Below, piece after piece: positions 59,484 to 64,000 of a stretch of 64,000 bases of DNA. A model generated the notes under the pieces. The model was not told where the DNA came from. It made no database searches and was given only the letters and a program-made list of their open reading frames with translations. This DNA is from Candidatus Hydrogenedentota bacterium (GTDB taxonomy: Bacteria > Hydrogenedentota > Hydrogenedentia > Hydrogenedentales > SLHB01), in assembly GCA_963668025.2 (NCBI GenBank), contig CAXXTH010000010.1, positions 832,001 through 896,000 on the forward strand, given 5' to 3'. Both the position numbers and the translations under genes were made by a program. Each line of letters begins with the position of its first letter. Position 1 is the stretch's first letter.

Positions 59484-60149
59484 TTAGATGGCTGAGGCCC
59501 CTGCCGCCGCTTGAGCCGCGGAAAGGCGGCGGGACAGCACCGCCAAGGAGGCGAACAGGTCTTCATCCTGGACAATGACCTCCTCGGTGGCGTTGATGGA
59601 TGTGGGGGTGAAATTCCATATGGCGCGGATGCCGCCCGCCACCATTTGGTCGGCCACGTACTGCGCCTCTTCCGCTGGAGTGGTGATGATCCCGATGAGG
59701 ATGTGCATGCGCCGCGCTAGGTTGGCCAGCTTTTCAAGTGGCAGGATTTCCTTGCCATGGATAACTTGGCCGGTTTTTACCTTATCGGTGTCGAACGCCG
59801 CCACAATGTCGATCCCGTAGCGGTTGAACTGCTGATGGCCCAGCAATGCGGAGCCCAAGCTCCCTGCGCCTGCAAGAAAGGCTTGTTTCGGATTGTTCCA
59901 TCCCAAAAAGTGCTCGATGGAAGCAATCAGGTCATGCAAGTCATACCCGACCTTAGGTTTGCCCTCGATGCCCGTCAACGCGATGTCTTTGCGGATCTGG
60001 GTCGGGTCGAGATTGAGTTCACGCCCGATCATGCTGCACGACACCGATTCAACGCCCTGGGTTTCCAGCAGCTTGAGGAAGTGGTGGTATCCGGGCAGGC
60101 GGCGCAAGGCAGGCTCCGGGATTGGTTTGAGTTGTTCGATAACGTCCAT
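59484..60149 (-). CDS. rex: Redox-sensing transcriptional repressor Rex
   Basis: IPEPALRRLP.Y, QIRKD, GY, GAGSLG and IWNFTP motifs. Confidence 0.95.
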   Translation of the reverse strand: MDVIEQLKPIPEPALRRLPGYHHFLKLLETQGVESVSCSMIGRELNLDPTQIRKDIALTGIEGKPKVGYDLHDLIASIEHFLGWNNPKQAFLAGAGSLGSALLGHQQFNRYGIDIVAAFDTDKVKTGQVIHGKEILPLEKLANLARRMHILIGIITTPAEEAQYVADQMVAGGIRAIWNFTPTSINATEEVIVQDEDLFASLAVLSRRLSAAQAAAGASAI

Positions 60150-60201
60150 TTGAAACTCCTTTATTTGGTCGATTTATATCGAGAAGAAATTCTTTAAATG
60201 A

Positions 60202-60230
60202 ATTGTACATCAGGATTTTTATTTTGTCAA
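60202..60230 (-). promoter_or_regulatory. sigma70 promoter of rex-hyd operon
   Basis: Minus strand TTGACA-17 bp-TACAAT. Confidence 0.75.
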
Positions 60231-60494
60231 GGCAATAAAGAAAAATATATTTATTGCGGTAACATACGGATATTATTAGGCTTAATTGGGCGGATCCGGC
60301 TGGATCTACTTTGGGTCTTTAAGGAAAGATTTGGATTTAAAAGAAATTTATATCGATATAATTTTCTTTAAATATGGTGATCGTTATGAAAAAAAGTGCA
60401 TATGGAGTAATAGAATGCTCCTGGTTGACGATAAGAAAGCGAGAAGCTGCATTCTCATTATCTGTAGATACGTGCATTTTGCGAAAACCGAAAA

Positions 60495-62302
60495 GGGCCT
60501 GCGTCAAAAAAGTGGGTTTTCATCCGGTTCTTTGTTCCCAATACTCCTCGAAGCGATTGGATTGAATAAGGCATCGCAACGCCGTAATGGCATTTGCGCC
60601 ACGGACGGTCCATTCCATACCGGAGTGCTTCATACGCTGGCCAACGACCGTCCTGCACGCCGCTTCAATGACTCCCGAGCCAACGAATAGTCCCTTGGCA
60701 AAAAATCGTTGTAGCGCATGCGTTCTTTGTTCGTCTCAAAATAGCCGATGGCGGTAACGGCTTCTTTGGCATCCGGCCCATTGTTTGGCAACAGCACGGC
60801 GGCTTCTTCCACGATGGTTTCGATCTTTCCCTCATCCAGATCGTCCCACCATTTGCCCTTGTACAAGGCCAAACGTTTTTCGTCGCGTCCAAACAACAAT
60901 TTGCACAGGTTCCCGAGATGCTCGCGCGCGTGATACAAGTCGACTACGTGGATGGCGGCGTGAAAATGGGTTTGTACGATGTTTCGTATCCATTCGGCCC
61001 CATCGGTGAGGCATACGACGCGTTTGGCCCTGAACAATCCGCGGCGGACGGCCTCGGCGTAGATGCGCCATTGAAACTGTTCGGACGTCTCGATGGCGCC
61101 CACGAAACTGGCGGAGCCCCTATCCCGGATGGGGCGGCCTTTTTCGTTGAAGGCGGTTTGAGAAAAAACGCATCCGATTTTCACCTCGCGGGTTTTGGGC
61201 TTGCCGTTTTGATATTTTCCCTTGCGGCCTTCGAGCGCCTCGGGCACCATGGGAACGCCGCTGCCGTCGAACTCGATGTAAAGGGTCTCGATAGTTTTGG
61301 CGGCATCGGGAGGCGGCGGTTCCTGGAATCGGATACGGTCCCGTTCTTGCGCGAACCAGTGGGCGGCTTGCTGGCCGGTCTGTTCCGCGATACGCTCACA
61401 GTCCTTGCGGCTGATCACGAGTCCGGCGGCTGCTTTCAGTTGTTGCGACACCCTTTTGAATGGGGCGTCGCTGGCGAAATCCGCCACGAGACGCCGCACA
61501 CCCGGCGAATAGCGCGTGTTGGCGACATCGAGCTCCTCGTCGCCGGGATACCGCCATTTGCCGCACCGGGGGCACCGGTAGGCGGTGCGCGTAAAGCGGA
61601 TCTTGCCCAAAAGAGTGACGATGGTTTTTGTCTTCAGGCCACGGCTTTTCATTACCGCCATGCATGAGCAACGCGCTTTTTCCCCGCGCCGGCCCACGCC
61701 CACCTTTCTTAAAAAGGCATCGAGCGCCTTGGCCCCTCCCATGAGGGCCGCGCCGCGCAGGGCTTGTTCCAATGCTTCGAGATCCGTTCCCGCCGCGCGT
61801 TTTGCCGCGTTGAAAATCCGCGTTACTTCGGCGTCTTTTTCGATGGCGGCTTGCGTTTTTTTTTTGAGGGCGTCTTGTTCGGCGCTCTGCATCCGTTCCA
61901 GTTCGCCCAGTTCTTGGGCCACCGACTCGAATTGTCTGCATACATCCCGGAAACGTTTATAGTTTTCCTCATCCTGACGCGCGCGGTTCAATTCTTGCTC
62001 GCCGCAAATGCGTTCGCTCACGGTCTTATTGTTTTTCTTGCTTGTCCATAAGTAATAGGGTCCGCGTAACTCTCGCGTTTTTTTCCCGTCCTTGATAGAG
62101 GGAAACCATTGTTCATTGAGGGATCCTTTTCTCAAGGTTCGTATTTCGCCCAATTGATCGAGCAAGTCCAAGCGTTTTTCTTCCAGCGTGCGTTTATTGG
62201 CCATGATTGGTTCTCCTCTCTATTTATTGTAGTAATCTTACTACATACATCGGGCCAAAAAAAGGGGGGGAAAACGAAAACCCACTTTTTTGACGCAGGC
62301 CC
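60495..62302 (-). mobile_element. ISKra4-family insertion sequence (1808 bp)
   Basis: Perfect 27-bp terminal IRs GGGCCTGCGTCAAAAAAGTGGGTTTTC (60495-60521, 62276-62302); 9-bp TSD AACCGAAAA (60486-60494, 62303-62311). Confidence 0.93.
60520..62204 (-). CDS. ISKra4-like DDE transposase fused to an N-terminal small-ORF module; C-terminus frameshifted near 60700
   Basis: CSC...CPRC zinc ribbon, EFDG, DGAEWI and DLYHA motifs. GSGVIEAAC..VVGQRMK.SGM.W lies in the adjacent frame, ending TGA at 60520. Confidence 0.85.
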
Positions 62303-62318
62303 AACCGAAAAAGATAGA

Positions 62319-62347
62319 TTGCAGTTCCATTAAAATCATGTTAGCAT
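62319..62347 (+). promoter_or_regulatory. Candidate sigma70 promoter of porin gene, immediately downstream of the IS
   Basis: TTGCAG-17 bp-TAGCAT with TG extension. Confidence 0.45.
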
Positions 62348-62588
62348 GGCGCATGCCGGTAATAGCTCATGCGTCCGTTTGCAGAAGCCGTCTGCGATGG
62401 AATTTGGGAAAAGCGGGGGCAAAGCTAGGGTATGCCGGACAGGCCTCGGGGTGGCTTTTTCGTATCCGGAACACATGAAGAGCGTTCCGTGCGAACAGCA
62501 TAAAGGCACAAGAACAGGCGAAAAGGCGCGCAAGCGCAGGGCTTGCGCCCACTGGCCATTAACTGCAATCAAGGAAGGGGGCAGACCT

Positions 62589-64000
62589 ATGCGGAAAACA
62601 CCCAAACCACGGCTGTTACGCGCATTATTATGCGTATTCAGCATCACTGCGCTGGCGGGGGCGGCATATGCCGAACTCCAAAACGTCGAGGTAGGCGGCG
62701 AACTGCGGATTCGTGGCCGCTACTATATGAATACGTATAACGGCGGGAATACCGTGGGGCCGAGGCTTGAAGTGCGTATCCCGAATCAATGGCTCACCGG
62801 ACGGCCTATCGGGGCTAATGGCACGGATTCGCTGTATCAATGGAATTCGAACCGCCCAGACTGGCATTTTTATGAAAGCGCCGTGCTGCTGAATGTGAAG
62901 GCGGATTTCACGGATGACGTGAATGCCTACATCGAGTTCTATGACTTTTATCAATGGGGCGAAGATTTTCGTTCGAACTATATCACCGGAGCGGATTCTC
63001 GTGGCAACTCGCGGGTTGGACAGAATGTCGAAGTCAACCAAGCGTATATCGAGACCGAGAACACGTTCGGCATGCCGCTGCGCGTGCGCATTGGCCGCCA
63101 AGCGTTGAAATTCGGCAAAGGCTGGCTCGTGAATGAAATGTTGACGCCCACGCAGCGCCTCTCCTTTGACGCCATCCGCGCCACCTACGACGTGGATGAT
63201 TTCACTGTGGATGCTTTCGCCGCGAAGCTGGCGGAAAGCGGCTTGGCGGAAGAAGACGGTGATGTGGATTTCTACGGGGTGTACGCCACGTATAAAGGCT
63301 TGGATTTCCTCGAGCTTTCTGGTTATTACTTCTTGCTTCGCGACGCCCGCAGCCGGAATGACACCAATTTCACCTGGTTCCCCGAGGCTGTCGAGAATTT
63401 CCTTGGCGTGGATGACTATGATGTGACGAATCTCAATACAGTGGGTTTGCGCGCGAATGGCAAGGCGAGCGGTTTTGACTACGGCCTTGAGCTGGCGTAT
63501 CAATTTGGCGATGCGGACGCCCATGGCTCCAGCTTTGCTACAGTTGGCGGCACATATGGCGACAATGACGCCAGCTACAGCACCTGGGCGGGCGAATTGT
63601 CGGCTGGCTACACATTTGAAGATGTCAAATGGACGCCGCGCCTGTACTTCCTGGGTTCGTATTTCGGGGGTGAAGACAACCGTGATGTGAGCTGGGCGGA
63701 ATGGCTCAATCCATTTGATCGCCCCGAGGCGAGCGTATCCTTTAATCGCCTCTTCTCGGACACGAATTATTTGCCAGTGATTAACGACAACGGATGGCTG
63801 TCGAACTTCATGTCCTTAGCGTTAGGTGCGCAATTTAAGCCCACGGAACAAGTGATCGTGAATCTGCAAGTGGCAAAGGCTTGGGTTGTTGAACCGTTCG
63901 ATTATCCGGCGATGTTCCGCTTGGGCCGTTTCTATGTGCCTATTTTCCCGGCTCTTGCGCCGTGGACGGAAGAAGGCGATGATGACCTTGGCTATGAAGT
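62589..64000 (+). CDS. Outer-membrane beta-barrel, alginate-export (AlgE-like) porin family (3' truncated; absent from ORF track)
   Basis: Frame read manually: signal peptide ending AYA, ELQNVEVGGELRIRG, NQAYIE, RIGRQALKFGKGWLV, SFDAIR; no stop seen before the window end. Confidence 0.8.
   Translation, partial: MRKTPKPRLLRALLCVFSITALAGAAYAELQNVEVGGELRIRGRYYMNTYNGGNTVGPRLEVRIPNQWLTGRPIGANGTDSLYQWNSNRPDWHFYESAVLLNVKADFTDDVNAYIEFYDFYQWGEDFRSNYITGADSRGNSRVGQNVEVNQAYIETENTFGMPLRVRIGRQALKFGKGWLVNEMLTPTQRLSFDAIRATYDVDDFTVDAFAAKLAESGLAEEDGDVDFYGVYATYKGLDFLELSGYYFLLRDARSRNDTNFTWFPEAVENFLGVDDYDVTNLNTVGLRANGKASGFDYGLELAYQFGDADAHGSSFATVGGTYGDNDASYSTWAGELSAGYTFEDVKWTPRLYFLGSYFGGEDNRDVSWAEWLNPFDRPEASVSFNRLFSDTNYLPVINDNGWLSNFMSLALGAQFKPTEQVIVNLQVAKAWVVEPFDYPAMFRLGRFYVPIFPALAPWTEEGDDDLGYE

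Noticed and set aside
60286-60690. 134-aa plus-strand ORF upstream of rex
   Set aside because: Chimeric frame crossing the IS boundary in AT-rich regulatory DNA.

Overview
Bacterial (diderm) chromosomal window. The DUF1559 prepilin, PASTA protein, ELQNVEVGG-type porin and LPAAG-tailed surface protein suggest Candidatus Hydrogenedentes or a PVC-like lineage (inference). Layout: (1) 0-9.5 kb, LacI-controlled sugar locus (isomerase, DhnA aldolase, PfkB kinase, secreted GH129/GH101-like enzyme, LacI domain without HTH, PASTA protein); (2) 9.9-27.7 kb, housekeeping and signalling block (4-PDZ HtrA plus catalytically dead partner, folM-folB-folK-folE, JAB-DinG helicase, two-component pair, NMT1 binding protein with dCache PP2C); (3) 30.4-48.9 kb, glycan-utilisation island; (4) PHP-GT4 fusion; (5) rex-hydC-hydB-hydA-hydS-phosphatase [FeFe]-hydrogenase operon; (6) a delimited ISKra4-family IS (27-bp IRs, 9-bp TSD) and a truncated porin gene. 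The main new observation is a 12-bp direct repeat (TGGTGAnwtcgT, 21-bp period, 37-38 bp before a -10 box) in four promoters of the island. It ties a DUF1559 pseudopilin, an LPAAG-tailed surface protein, an exporter-fold ABC heterodimer and two paralogous unknown enzymes into one predicted AraC regulon: a candidate glycan-utilisation system without SusCD or a classical solute-binding protein. Several families of REP/MITE-like intergenic repeats are present. Single-base frameshifts cluster in the island and the IS and may be sequencing errors. No rRNA, tRNA or CRISPR array was seen. All family assignments are by motif recognition, not database search.
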